Source: Oscillospiraceae bacterium (GTDB taxonomy: Bacteria > Bacillota > Clostridia > Oscillospirales > CAG-272). Taken from it: a stretch of DNA of 64,000 nt. This document shows, piece by piece, positions 10,224-20,303 of the stretch. Each line of letters opens with the position of its first letter. The stretch's first letter is position 1. The translations under genes and the position numbers were made by a program. The stretch covers positions 24,965 to 88,964 of the forward strand of contig SVRN01000004.1 in NCBI GenBank assembly GCA_015064805.1. The letters are read 5' to 3'. The notes beneath the pieces are model-generated. The model was not told the DNA's origin, searched no databases, and was given only the letters and a program-made list of their open reading frames with translations.

Positions 10224-10661
10224 TCAAAGAAAGCTATCCGCAAAGGCCGTTGCCAGCGCGTCGCAGCGCTCGTTATACGGATGCCCCGTGTGTCCGTGTA
10301 CCCAAACGAAGCTCACTTTGTGCTTTTCCAGCAGCCCAAGCAAAACCTCCCATAGATCCACGTTGAGCGTCGGTGATTTGTCCGCCTTGCGCCAACCTTT
10401 GGCTCGCCACGACACCGCCCATCCCTTGGTAATGGCGTCAATGACGTACTTGGAGTCCGAGGTCAGCGTGACCTCGCAGGGCTCGCGAAGCGCCTGCAGC
10501 GCCGAGATGACGGCCGTCAGCTCCATGCGGTTGTTGGTGGTTTCCCGCTCACCGCCCGACAGCTCTTTTTCAATGCTTCCGTACACCAATATCGCGCCCC
10601 AACCGCCCCGTCCGGGATTGCCGCGGCAGGCACCGTCGGTATAAATATCCACGTGCTTCAT
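10224..10661 (-). CDS. rnhA: Ribonuclease HI
   Basis: [43 protein letters not shown]. Confidence 0.97.
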   Translation of the reverse strand: MKHVDIYTDGACRGNPGRGGWGAILVYGSIEKELSGGERETTNNRMELTAVISALQALREPCEVTLTSDSKYVIDAITKGWAVSWRAKGWRKADKSPTLNVDLWEVLLGLLEKHKVSFVWVHGHTGHPYNERCDALATAFADSFL

Positions 10662-10674
10662 GTCCGTCCTCCCA

Positions 10675-11448
10675 TCAGCGTGCTTCACCGTAGGCGGCCA
10701 GCGCCCGCTTGTCGCGCGTGGTCAGCTTGACGGTCTCGTTGATGCCCATTGGATCGTTTTCCTCCACCGGCTCGTAGATGACGATGCTGCTGTAGGGCGT
10801 GCGGTCATACTTGACGTTGCCGATATAATAGAAATCCACCGAAATGTTGATGAGCGCCGCTGTGTCCACATCCACGTTATCAAACACGTATCTGCGGTAA
10901 TTGTACATGGCGGTCGAGTCCTCCGTCGGCTCACCCGAGGGGTGAATGCGAAGGATTTTACGGTCAGCTGTTGAGTTGTTGGTCGGATCAAGATCGATCG
11001 CAAGCGCAAGGGTGACGTCAACGACGGTATCCTCGCGGGAAGGGATCTCATCCTCTCCCAGAGAAAAGTCCTGTGCGATGTGCTTGAGCGTGCTGTTGTT
11101 ATAGCGGATCAAGACCTGCACTTGATTGGCCTCGGGGATGAAAACGGTCTGGCAGACCCAGAAGTAGCCTGCCGTTTCGCCCTCCATGACGACGGGGGCG
11201 TGAGTCTGCGTGTACATGGTCAGCTCGTCGCCGCTCTCGACGTAAGCATCGTACAGCGCGTCGTTGACCGTCAGCGTCTCCATGTTTTTGGGCACGTGCC
11301 CCGAAAACAGCACGCGCCAGAGCACCAGCGCGATGATACCAAAGATCAGGCCGCGCGCGGCGTATTTGAGGCACTTGAGCGTGATCAGCTGTCCGCGGCT
11401 CATATTTGTGTGTGAATATTGCTCGTATTCCTTTTCGTAATCCGTCAT
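10675..11448 (-). CDS. Hypothetical membrane-anchored protein
   Basis: 257-aa ORF, N-terminal TM segment, in line with ruvX and rnhA. Confidence 0.8.
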   Translation of the reverse strand: MTDYEKEYEQYSHTNMSRGQLITLKCLKYAARGLIFGIIALVLWRVLFSGHVPKNMETLTVNDALYDAYVESGDELTMYTQTHAPVVMEGETAGYFWVCQTVFIPEANQVQVLIRYNNSTLKHIAQDFSLGEDEIPSREDTVVDVTLALAIDLDPTNNSTADRKILRIHPSGEPTEDSTAMYNYRRYVFDNVDVDTAALINISVDFYYIGNVKYDRTPYSSIVIYEPVEENDPMGINETVKLTTRDKRALAAYGEAR

Positions 11449-11467
11449 AGTTGACTCCTTTGAAAGA

Positions 11468-11926
11468 TCAGCAGTTTTTCAGGCGATCCAACGCATTTTG
11501 TAAAATGATCTGGGCGCTGAGCGTGTCGATGACCTGCTTGCGTTTCTGCCCACGCGTGTTGGTCTCGTTGAGAAAGCGGGAGGCGGCCATGGTCGTCATG
11601 CGCTCGTCCAGCAAAAGAATGGGCATCTCTCCCACGCGCTCGTCCAGCATCGCGGCGAACATACGCGCGTGCTCGGCGCGCTCGCCCTGCGAGCCGTTCA
11701 TGTTGACGGGCAGACCGACGATGATGCCGACCACACCGTGTGCGCGAGCGGCCTCGGCAACGGCCTCGGCCGTTTTGGTCATGCTGCCGGGCTTGATGGT
11801 CTCCAGCCCCGAGGCGAGAAACCGAGCGGCGTCGGACACGGCAAGTCCCGTGCGTACGTCACCGAAATCGACGCCAAGAAGGCGTCCCGTCGTTTGCTTT
11901 AATTCTTGAATTCGTTCAATCAGCAT
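11468..11926 (-). CDS. ruvX: YqgF/RuvX pre-16S rRNA nuclease / resolvase-like protein
   Basis: LGVDFGDVRTGLAVSD, VGLP..MNG, DERMTT, ID..SAQIILQ. Confidence 0.95.
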   Translation of the reverse strand: MLIERIQELKQTTGRLLGVDFGDVRTGLAVSDAARFLASGLETIKPGSMTKTAEAVAEAARAHGVVGIIVGLPVNMNGSQGERAEHARMFAAMLDERVGEMPILLLDERMTTMAASRFLNETNTRGQKRKQVIDTLSAQIILQNALDRLKNC

Positions 11927-11938
11927 ATGCGCTCCTTG

Positions 11939-12280
11939 TCAGCCCGGCAGCTCGCCCGCCGTCAGACGGATGAGCAGGGAAATATCGTCGGGTTGAACCT
12001 TGGCCTCGTGAGCGGCGCGGTTGCGCCCGATCTCGCCGCATTTGGTACAGCGGTGGATGATAATATAGCCGCGGCGGCGGTCAGGCTCGACCCGAATGGG
12101 TTGCATGGGCGCACCGCAGGTGTTGGCGCGATCGCCCGGGAGGATATCCACGTGGAGAGACCACAGGCAAAACGGACAGTGATTGCGCGAGGTATAGCCC
12201 AGCGGCTCCACCTGCCGCCCGCAATGCGCGCAGACAAAGCCCGCGTCGTTTTTGGTAAATCGCTTTTGCTCCAGCTCCAT
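11939..12280 (-). CDS. RNHCP-domain protein
   Basis: F.CAHCG..V....SRNHCPFCLWSLHVD..PGDRAN.CG. Confidence 0.92.
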   Translation of the reverse strand: MELEQKRFTKNDAGFVCAHCGRQVEPLGYTSRNHCPFCLWSLHVDILPGDRANTCGAPMQPIRVEPDRRRGYIIIHRCTKCGEIGRNRAAHEAKVQPDDISLLIRLTAGELPG

Positions 12281-12424
12281 GTCGTGCCTCCGTTTCAATA
12301 TATAGTTTATTGTACCATATTGCACCCTGCCTTGTCAAGATGCCTTGAACTTTTGCCATACCACTTGACGAGAAGGCGGCGGCAGAGTATAATAGATATA
12401 TCACAAAGAAAAAGGAGGGGTATC

Positions 12425-13441
12425 ATGGCAAGATCAAAGGTGGCGCGCCTTGCGTTTGCGGCAGACGTGCGTTTTGTCGCCTATCGGCGCACGACGATGC
12501 GGCTGGGCGCGGCGATGCTCATGTTTCTGGCGCTGTTTAACGGGCTGGATCTGGTGCTTTACCCCCTCTTTGCCATATTCGAGGCCACGCTGACGGACAA
12601 GGCCATGATCGTCGCGACGAGCATATACGACATGCTTATCTACGCGCTTGCGTTTATGCTGCCCGTTCTGTTTTATCGGCTGATCACTCCCAAGGGCGAG
12701 CGGATCCCGTTGCCGATGGATACGACGGCACCGCGCAAGCTGATTTTGCTTATTCCCGCCGCGCTGGCGGTGGTCTATTGCGCCGCGCTGGCCAACGGCT
12801 ATCTGCTGGATCTGGTCGGTCTGTCCGTACCTGCATCGGCCTACCCCGAGCCTAATCCCGCCTTTGCGCCGTACGAGGCGGTGCTGCTTTACGTATCCGT
12901 TTCTTTGATTCCTGCCTTCTGCGAGGAATTTTTGTTCCGCGGCCTTGTGCTGTCCCATCTGATGCCCTATGGAAAAACGGTCGCCATCATCGGCAGTGCC
13001 GTGCTGTTCGGGCTGATGCACGGCACTGGTGAGCAGATCCTTTACACGACGGTGGCAGGCATCGTGCTGGCCTACGTGACGATCGAAAGCGGCTCGATCT
13101 GGGGCGGCGTGGTCATCCATATGTTCAATAATCTGCTGTCCGTCATAGACGAGGTGATGTTCAACCGCCTTGACTATCGAGACGAAATGCTGCTCTATAG
13201 CACGCTTGAGCTTCTCGTGATCGGCGGCGGTATGATCTGCCTGACCGTTTTGCTCTTGCAGCACGACAAGCAAAGGGGACGTAAGGTGAATCCCTCGCTT
13301 TCTGCCACGGCCGATGAAGGGCTGATCGCGGGCGCACCGCTGACGGGCGGCACGCTCTTTGGCTTTTTCTCGCCCACGATGATCGCCTTTTTTGCCCTTA
13401 GCATCATCGAGATCATATCGGGCCTGTTTTGGTATATTTGA
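12425..13441 (+). CDS. CPBP (CAAX protease/Abi) intramembrane metalloprotease
   Basis: EEFLFRG, FGLMH, H..NN motifs; GGAGG RBS before ATG 12425. Confidence 0.9.
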   Translation: MARSKVARLAFAADVRFVAYRRTTMRLGAAMLMFLALFNGLDLVLYPLFAIFEATLTDKAMIVATSIYDMLIYALAFMLPVLFYRLITPKGERIPLPMDTTAPRKLILLIPAALAVVYCAALANGYLLDLVGLSVPASAYPEPNPAFAPYEAVLLYVSVSLIPAFCEEFLFRGLVLSHLMPYGKTVAIIGSAVLFGLMHGTGEQILYTTVAGIVLAYVTIESGSIWGGVVIHMFNNLLSVIDEVMFNRLDYRDEMLLYSTLELLVIGGGMICLTVLLLQHDKQRGRKVNPSLSATADEGLIAGAPLTGGTLFGFFSPTMIAFFALSIIEIISGLFWYI

Positions 13442-13461
13442 TGCAAAAAACGGAGGAAAAC

Positions 13462-13920
13462 ATGACGCTGTCACAGGATGAAATCTTTATGCGCGAGGCG
13501 CTTGCCGAGGCGAAAGTGGCCTTTGCGCTGGGCGAGGTTCCCGTGGGAGCCGTCGTCGTGCGGGAGGGGCAGATCATCGCGCGAGGTCACAATCGCCGCG
13601 AGATCGACCGTCTGGCCACGGCACACGCCGAGCTGTTGGCGATGGAGGCGGCCTGCCGCGCGCTTGGCAGCTGGCGGCTGAGCGACTGCACGCTGTACGT
13701 GACGCTGGAGCCCTGCCCGATGTGCGCGGGAACGGTAGTCAACGCCCGCATGGGGCGGGTGGTGTACGGCGCCAAGGATGCCAAGGCAGGGGCGATGGGA
13801 AGCGTGCTGTCGGTCAATGCCTATCCGCTCAATCACAAGGCGCAGGTCACTGCCGGGGTATTAGAGCAGGAATGTGTGGGGATATTGAGGGAGTTTTTTG
13901 AGAGCAAGAGAAAGAAATAA
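13462..13920 (+). CDS. tadA: tRNA adenosine(34) deaminase
   Basis: GEVPVGAV, HAE, LYVTLEPCPMCAG. Confidence 0.95.
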   Translation: MTLSQDEIFMREALAEAKVAFALGEVPVGAVVVREGQIIARGHNRREIDRLATAHAELLAMEAACRALGSWRLSDCTLYVTLEPCPMCAGTVVNARMGRVVYGAKDAKAGAMGSVLSVNAYPLNHKAQVTAGVLEQECVGILREFFESKRKK

Positions 13921-13976
13921 AAAAGCAAGGCGAGGATGTGAAGAACATTCTCGCCTTTTTTGACGGGGGAGGGGGG

Positions 13977-14694
13977 TAGCTGAATTTCAGGCGTCTTCTC
14001 CTCTTGACGCGCACAACGCGGGAACGAAAATATGTGCTTGTGGGGTGTTCAGTTACCCGCTCCCGAAGAATTTTGCTTGCAAAATTCTTCCCTTAGAAGC
14101 GCAATCTCTGCTTCGCGAGGGCGCTGTGTCGGTTTTGGTGTTCATTCTTTCTCGTCCGAGAAAGAACGAACCAAGAAAGCGGACTAAGGGGTCTAATACC
14201 CCTTAGAACCCCCGAGCGCGAAAAGGTCGCGGCGCTCGCGCTCTGCTCATCTTTTCGCGAAGTTATAAAAATTCAGCTTTTGCGTGCGCGAGTTAAAGAA
14301 ACTCGCACACACCTCAGGGCAGAAATTTTGAGTTTTTCGCCCGCCGCGCGTGTTGGCTTATAGCGAGAGATGCAGAAAAAACGTATATGTTTTTCTCCTC
14401 TATTTGCTATGAAACGCGGCGCGGAATGAAGTAGAAAACGATAGCCTGCTCGCAATAGCAACGGAATCTTTGGATTTCGTTGCGCAAAAATTGCAGACGC
14501 GATAACGCCTTTTGGTAACCACCAAAAGATAGCGAAAGCAAAAAATCTTGCGGGTTTCTTAAGGGCATTAGGCCCTTAAGTTCCCTTTCTTTCGCCATTT
14601 CTTTGTGGAACAACAAAGAAATGGCATCTTGGCAACACACCGAGCGCGCGAAGCTGGGCGGGGCTATAGGAGAAGATGCTGAAAAACTCAGCGA
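13977..14694. mobile_element. Family-1 element, copy B
   Basis: Termini TAGCTGAATTTCAGGCGTCTTCTCC / GGAGAAGATGCTGAAAAACTCAGCGA; pseudoknot arms 14140-14184 and 14580-14625. Confidence 0.85.
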
Positions 14695-14702
14695 TCTCCC
14701 CT

Positions 14703-15374
14703 CTACCTCCTCCTCACCACACTCCCATCCCCCTTCATCACACACCGCTCTCCGACGAATCCCCGCACCGAAACCGACGGATAAATCCTGCTCTCCCGCC
14801 CGATCACACAACCCGGATTGAGCACGCTGTTGCATCCGACCTCGACCAGATCTCCGATCATCGCCCCCAGCTTGTGCCGCCCTGACGGTATGCGGGCTTG
14901 CTCGACGCGAACGACGACGTCCGAGCGGTCGCCTTTGACGTTGGAGGTAATCGCCCCCGCCCCCAAATGCGCCCGATAGCCTAAGATCGAGTCGCCGACG
15001 TAGTTGAAATGCGGCACCTGAACGCCGTCAAATAAGACGCAGTTTTTCAGTTCGGTCGAGTTGCCGATGACGGCGCCGTCTCCAACCAGCGCCGCGCCGC
15101 GGATAAAGGCACAATGCCGCACCTCCGTGTCGTGCCCGATGATGCAGGGCGCACCGACGTGGGCGCTCGGGGCAATATGCGCCGTGCGCGCCGCCCAGAC
15201 GCCGTCTGCCAACTGCTCGTATTCGTCGCGGGGCAGCCGTTGCCCGACGGCACGGATGAAATCGGAAAGCAGGGGAAGAATTTCCCAAGGATACGAAGCC
15301 TTTTGCAAGAGGGGAAAGCCGAGCGTGTATTGCTCTGCATCGTGCCAGAGCGCCGCATAAGGAAATACTGCCAT
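14703..15374 (-). CDS. GlmU C-terminal-like hexapeptide (LbH) acetyltransferase
   Basis: EVRHCAFIRG, GNSTELKN, QVPHFNYVGDSILG, GAMIGD.VEVGCNSVLNPG. Confidence 0.88.
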   Translation of the reverse strand: MAVFPYAALWHDAEQYTLGFPLLQKASYPWEILPLLSDFIRAVGQRLPRDEYEQLADGVWAARTAHIAPSAHVGAPCIIGHDTEVRHCAFIRGAALVGDGAVIGNSTELKNCVLFDGVQVPHFNYVGDSILGYRAHLGAGAITSNVKGDRSDVVVRVEQARIPSGRHKLGAMIGDLVEVGCNSVLNPGCVIGRESRIYPSVSVRGFVGERCVMKGDGSVVRRR

Positions 15375-15377
15375 CAC

Positions 15378-16745
15378 TCACCCTCCCGTTCGCTCTGCCA
15401 AGCCTTGCTCGCGCACGACCGCCATCAGTTCCTCGATCGTCCGGCGGCAGAGGTCCTCGTCCTGCGCTTCTACCATCAGCCGAACGACGGGCTCGGTGCC
15501 GCTTGGCCGCATCAGCACCCGCCCGCGCTCGCCAAGCGACTGCTTTGCCGCTTCCAACGCATTCAAAAGCGTGGTATTGGCGGTGAAGGCGGCCTTGTTT
15601 TTCGTTCTTACGTTGCGATGCTCTTGCGGATACAATCGCATATCGGCGCTCAGGCGGGAGAGCGGGAGCTTACGCTCCATCATGACCTCCATGAGTGAAA
15701 TGGCGGTCAGGATCCCGTCGCCCGTGGAGGCGTAGGGGCGCAGGATGATATGCCCCGATTGCTCGCCCCCGAGGCTGTAGCCCTCGCGGTTCATGGCCTC
15801 GTAAACATATTTATCCCCGACGGCCGTCTGAATATGAGCAATGCCCTTGTCCCCCAGCGCGCGGTAGAGCCCCATGTTGGACATGACGGTCGTGACGACG
15901 GTGTTGCCTGCCAGCATCCCACGCCGAAGCCATTCGCAAGCGAGTATGTAGAGAATGTGATCGCCCGTCAGCACGCGTCCCTGCTCGTCGACGGCCAGAC
16001 AGCGATCGGCGTCGCCGTCAAAGGCAAAGCCTGCGTCCAGGTGATTGCTCTGTACGAAGGCGGCAAGACGCTCGATGTGCGTAGAGCCGACGCCCTCGTT
16101 GACGTTCAGACCGTTTGGGGTGTTGCCGATGCAATAGACCTTAGCACCCAGTGCAGCGAACACGCTCTCACCGATCATCCAGGCGCTCCCGTTGGCGCAG
16201 TCCAGCCCCAGACGCAGACCCTTGTAGGAATTGCGGGCGATCGAGATCAGATAGGCAAGATAGCGATTGCGCCCCGCGCTGTGGTCGATGACCTGACCAA
16301 TGTCAGCGCCCTTGGCGCGCGGCAGTAGGGCGTCGTGCGGGTCGGGCGTGTCGAGAAAGGCTTCGATCTCGTCGAGCAGCTCACTTTCCATTTTCTCGCC
16401 ATTGCGATTGACCAGCTTGATGCCGTTGTCGGAAAAGGGATTGTGCGAGGCCGAGATCATCACGCCGCAGTCCATGTCGTCCTTGCGGGTGATGAAGGAT
16501 ACGCTGGGGGTCGTGGTGACGTGCAGCATGAAGGCGTCCGCGCCCGAGGCGGTCAGCCCCGCTGCCAGCGCGTATTCGAGCATATAAGACGAGCGCCGCG
16601 TGTCCTTGCCGACGGCAATGCGGGGGCGGTGAGCGTCTGCTTGATAATAATGACCGAGAAAACGGCCGATGCGATAGGCGTGGTGTGCCGTCAGCGCGCC
16701 GCCCGCCTCACCGCGAAAGCCGTCCGTTCCGAAATAATGGGACAT
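15378..16745 (-). CDS. glmM: Phosphoglucosamine mutase
   Basis: YFGTDGFRG, MISASHNP..DNGIK, FDGDADR, GGEQSGH, RPSGTEP. Confidence 0.95.
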   Translation of the reverse strand: MSHYFGTDGFRGEAGGALTAHHAYRIGRFLGHYYQADAHRPRIAVGKDTRRSSYMLEYALAAGLTASGADAFMLHVTTTPSVSFITRKDDMDCGVMISASHNPFSDNGIKLVNRNGEKMESELLDEIEAFLDTPDPHDALLPRAKGADIGQVIDHSAGRNRYLAYLISIARNSYKGLRLGLDCANGSAWMIGESVFAALGAKVYCIGNTPNGLNVNEGVGSTHIERLAAFVQSNHLDAGFAFDGDADRCLAVDEQGRVLTGDHILYILACEWLRRGMLAGNTVVTTVMSNMGLYRALGDKGIAHIQTAVGDKYVYEAMNREGYSLGGEQSGHIILRPYASTGDGILTAISLMEVMMERKLPLSRLSADMRLYPQEHRNVRTKNKAAFTANTTLLNALEAAKQSLGERGRVLMRPSGTEPVVRLMVEAQDEDLCRRTIEELMAVVREQGLAERTGG

Positions 16746-16893
16746 AATGGTACCTCCCGAGTTTTTTTCACTACAAAGTATAGCGATCCTGCGTCGTTTG
16801 GTTCCAAACGTTTTGCGCCAAGATTGCGGCGGACGAACAAAAAGCCCCTGCATGTGATTTGACACGCGCAGGGGCACGTTTATTTCATTGAGA

Positions 16894-17733
16894 TCAGTCG
16901 ATCAGCTGGGCTTGCAGCTCGCAAAGCGCCTGCTCGCACTGTGCGTCCTTGGGAGCAGCACCGTGCCACTCGACGCGGTTTTCCATGAAGGAAACGCCTT
17001 TACCCTTGACCGTCTTTGCGATGATGGCGGTGGGCTTGCCTACGACCGTGCGCGCCTCGTCAAAGGCGGCGGACAGAGCGGCGATGTCGTGGCCGTCGAC
17101 CACGATGGTGTGAAGACCGAACGCCTGCAGCTTTTCGGGGTAGGGGGTGGGGTTGAGCACCTGCTCGATCTCACCGTCGATCTGCAGACCGTTCCAGTCG
17201 AAAACGACGCACAGGTTGTCCAGCTTTCTGTGAGCGGCCAGCATGAGCGCCTCCCAGATCTGACCCTCCTGCGACTCACCGTCACCGACGATGGCGTAGG
17301 TGCGATAGGACTTGCCCTGCATCTTGGCGGAAATGGCCATACCGCAAGCGGCGGACAGACCCTGACCCAGCGAGCCGGTGGTCATATCAACGCCGGGGAC
17401 GTGGCCAAGGCTGGGGTGACCCTGCAGATGGGAATCGGCACGGCGCAGCGTGGTCAGCTCCTCGCGGGGGAAGAAGCCGCGCTCGGCAAGAGCGGCGTAC
17501 AGCGCGGGAGCGGCGTGACCCTTGGACAGCACCAGACGGTCGCGATCGGCGTCGTCGGGCTTTTGGGGATCGATATTCATTTCTTCAAAATACAGATACG
17601 CCATGATATCGGCGATGGACAGCGAGCCGCCGGGGTGACCGGACTTGGCGCTGTGAGTTTCCTTGATGATGTCCATGCGGATGGTCGTGGCGATGTTTTT
17701 GAGTTCTTTTTCGGTGTGATTGCGCAATGCCAT
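16894..17733 (-). CDS. Transketolase N-terminal (ThDP-binding) subunit
   Basis: SGHPGGSLS, LSKGHAAP, LQGHP, GSLGQG, GDGESQEGQIWEA. Confidence 0.95.
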   Translation of the reverse strand: MALRNHTEKELKNIATTIRMDIIKETHSAKSGHPGGSLSIADIMAYLYFEEMNIDPQKPDDADRDRLVLSKGHAAPALYAALAERGFFPREELTTLRRADSHLQGHPSLGHVPGVDMTTGSLGQGLSAACGMAISAKMQGKSYRTYAIVGDGESQEGQIWEALMLAAHRKLDNLCVVFDWNGLQIDGEIEQVLNPTPYPEKLQAFGLHTIVVDGHDIAALSAAFDEARTVVGKPTAIIAKTVKGKGVSFMENRVEWHGAAPKDAQCEQALCELQAQLID

Positions 17734-17771
17734 GGGGCAGCCTCCTCGTATTAGAGAGTTTCTATAGATAT

Positions 17772-17800
17772 ATTATAATGGGAAAGGGGGAGAAAGTCAA
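17772..17800 (-). promoter_or_regulatory. Sigma-A promoter of the transketolase subunit
   Basis: Minus strand TTGACT-17 bp-TATAAT. Confidence 0.7.
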
Positions 17801-17826
17801 GGGGTAAGGCGGGGAAAAGGGGGGAT

Positions 17827-18399
17827 TAGCTAAACTTTTCACAACTTCGTAGCCGGGCTCACACTGCTTCGCGCGTTCGCTGTACCGGCTTTGGTTGTCA
17901 CTTCTTGTCTCGTGACAAGAAGTAACCAAGAAACACGCCCAGGCGTTCCCCCTGGGAACCCCCTCCATCCCTCCGGCCTTTCATGGCCGTCGGGGATTTT
18001 TGTTCAGCAAACCTTCTCCATCTGCGGGGCATATATCCCACCCCGCAGATGGGTTGGCTTGGCAAAAGCTTTTGCTTTTCCGTTCTGTTTGAGATTCCGT
18101 CTATCACAGGGAACGAGGCAAAAATTATCGTCCTTTGCAAAAGCGGAGTCCGAGCAACTCCCGTGAGTGCGACTTTCTTTAAGTCGCGCTCGCAAAAGCT
18201 GAAGATGCTCACTTTTGCGTCGTGCTGCGCGCTTGCGCGCCCGCAAAGACGCACTGCGGGAATCCAAAGGGCATTAAGCCCTTTGGCGCGTTTCTTCCGC
18301 CACTTCTTGCCGCGCAGCAAGAAGTGGCATCAAAACTGCACAGCGCACGCGCACGAAGTGCAGTGTGAGCGTCAAAAGAAGAAGTTGCCGAAAATTTAG
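17827..18399. mobile_element. Family-1 element, copy C (different core)
   Basis: GCTCACACTG / CAGTGTGAGC inverted ends; pseudoknot arms 17897-17937 and 18286-18328; inverted core module at 18163-18210. Confidence 0.8.
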
Positions 18400-18403
18400 A
18401 AAA

Positions 18404-19216
18404 TCAAAGCTCCTTCGCCCATCTCACCGCCAGATCAAACCATCCGGCCGCTATGGGATTCAACATCCCGGGACTGTTTACCCAAGTCCGCTCATCACAC
18501 AGCGACAGCCCGTGCGCGCCGTGCGGATAAACGTGCAGCTCAAACGGAATATGATGCTTGGATAGCGCCGCGGCAAGCAACAGCGAGTTCTCGACCGGCA
18601 CGCAGTTGTCGTCCGAGGTGTGCCACAAAAACGCGGGCGGCGTGGTCTCGTTGACGAAATTCTCCAGCGAGAAGGCCATCTGCTCCTCAAGCGTTGAATC
18701 CGCGCCCGCCAAGGCGAGGAAGGATCCTCTGTGCGCGTGCTCGCCCGCAGAAATGACGGGATAGCAGGGAAGCATGCCGTCGGGGCGCCCCATGCGGGCA
18801 GGAACGTCGCCAAAGGCGGCCTTGACCGCTTCGTGATCCCAAAGAACGCCCGCCGCGGCGGCCGCATGACCGCCGGCTGAAAAGCCGGTGATAAAGATAT
18901 GGTCGGGATCGACGTTGTATTCGCTTGCGTGCTCGCGGATGTGACGAATTGCCAGGCAGGCCTCGATCAGCGGCTCGTAATTTTTGGCGTGCTCGCCAAC
19001 ACCGTAGTGAAGGACGAAGGCCTGAAAGCCCTCAGCCAGCCAAGCAAGCGCGACGACCTCGTCCTCGCGATCGGACAAAAAGCCGTAGCCGCCGCCGGGG
19101 CAGACGATCATGGCGCGACGGGGCGTCGGGGGCACGCGCTCGATCTCGGTGTGCAGATAGACCGTCAGATCGGCGTTCGGATATTCGGGGAAAATGTGCA
19201 GCGTTTCAACCTTCAT
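18404..19216 (-). CDS. Alpha/beta hydrolase (acetyl esterase/lipase-like)
   Basis: PGGGY, GFSAGGH, DDNCVPV, HGAHG. Confidence 0.93.
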   Translation of the reverse strand: MKVETLHIFPEYPNADLTVYLHTEIERVPPTPRRAMIVCPGGGYGFLSDREDEVVALAWLAEGFQAFVLHYGVGEHAKNYEPLIEACLAIRHIREHASEYNVDPDHIFITGFSAGGHAAAAAGVLWDHEAVKAAFGDVPARMGRPDGMLPCYPVISAGEHAHRGSFLALAGADSTLEEQMAFSLENFVNETTPPAFLWHTSDDNCVPVENSLLLAAALSKHHIPFELHVYPHGAHGLSLCDERTWVNSPGMLNPIAAGWFDLAVRWAKEL

Positions 19217-19239
19217 TTTTTGATTCCTCCGCAAAAGCG

Positions 19240-20277
19240 TTATTTTTCAAAGGACAGACGGATGATCTCCTCGCACAGCGCGCCGTAGTCAAGACCGATC
19301 TCGTCGGCCATCTGGGGGAGCAGGCTGGTGGGGGTCATGCCGGGCAGGGCGTTGGCCTCCAGACACCACATGACGTCCTCCTCATCCATGATGTAGTCGA
19401 TGCGGGCGTAGCAGTCCAGATGCAATGCCTCAAACGCGCGAACGGTCGCCCTTTGTACCTTGATCGTCTGATCCTCGCGCAAGGGCGCGGGGCAAAGCTC
19501 AAGCGTCAAGCCGCCCTGATATTTGTTTTTGTAATCGTAAAAACCCTCTTTGGGGATGATCTCAATGGGGGGCAGTGCGCGGCCGCCGAGAATGCCGACG
19601 GTCAGCTCGCGTCCGACGATCTTTTTTTCAACGATCAATCGATCCTCCCACGCTGCACCCAGCGCAAGAGCGGCGTCCAGCTCGCTCTCGGTGTGCACGA
19701 TGGAGACGCCCACGCTCGAGCCGCAGCTGCAAGGCTTGATCACGCAGGGGAGTCCGATCTCACGTAGCACGCGCGCCTTGGCATCCGTCTCATAGGCGGG
19801 GCGAACGATGATCCAATCGGGCGTGGCAACGCCTGCGGCACGAAGCAGGATCTTGGAGATCTCCTTGTCCATGGACAGCGCGGCCCCCAGCGAGCCCGTG
19901 CCCGTGTAGCGGATGCCGTTGCAATCCAAAAAGGCCTGCAGGCGACCGTCCTCGCCCATGCCGCCGTGAAGCGCGAGGAAAACGACGTCGGCGGCGCGGC
20001 AGATGGTCAACACGTTTTTGCCGACCAGCGCGTCACCGTTGCCGCTCTGCACCTTGAGGGCTACCAGATCGGGCACCTCGGTGCTGACGGCGTGGTGATA
20101 GTCGCCCTCGCTGCGGAAAGCGGAAAGAGGATCGCCCTCAAGATCCATGCCGAGATAGACGTCAAGCAAGAGAACGCGGTGTCCGTTTTTCATCAGGGCG
20201 TTGGCAATCAAAGAGCCCGAGGTCAGCGAAACCTCGCGCTCGGGCGAAAGTCCGCCCGCTAAAACTACGATATTCAT
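19240..20277 (-). CDS. ddl: D-alanine--D-alanine ligase
   Basis: GG.S.EREVS, LHGG.GEDG, SMDK, GSSVGV, YDYKNKY, LEAN.LPG.TPTSL.P. Confidence 0.95.
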   Translation of the reverse strand: MNIVVLAGGLSPEREVSLTSGSLIANALMKNGHRVLLLDVYLGMDLEGDPLSAFRSEGDYHHAVSTEVPDLVALKVQSGNGDALVGKNVLTICRAADVVFLALHGGMGEDGRLQAFLDCNGIRYTGTGSLGAALSMDKEISKILLRAAGVATPDWIIVRPAYETDAKARVLREIGLPCVIKPCSCGSSVGVSIVHTESELDAALALGAAWEDRLIVEKKIVGRELTVGILGGRALPPIEIIPKEGFYDYKNKYQGGLTLELCPAPLREDQTIKVQRATVRAFEALHLDCYARIDYIMDEEDVMWCLEANALPGMTPTSLLPQMADEIGLDYGALCEEIIRLSFEK

Positions 20278-20303
20278 AAAAGCTCCTTTGGTCAGTGAGA
20301 TTA

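Noticed and set aside
9573-10227. ORFs inside family-1 elements (also 14273-14835, 17898-18399, 59812-60517) as a possible transposase or peptide
   Set aside because: Frames are not preserved between copies, there is no HUH/DDE motif, and substitutions preserve base pairing rather than codons.
11906-12424. Upstream extension of the CPBP protease ORF
   Set aside because: Overlaps the RNHCP gene on the opposite strand; the RBS supports ATG 12425.
19240-20277. Van-type D-Ala-D-Lac ligase
   Set aside because: DYKNKY omega-loop typical of D-Ala-D-Ala ligases and no van cluster nearby.
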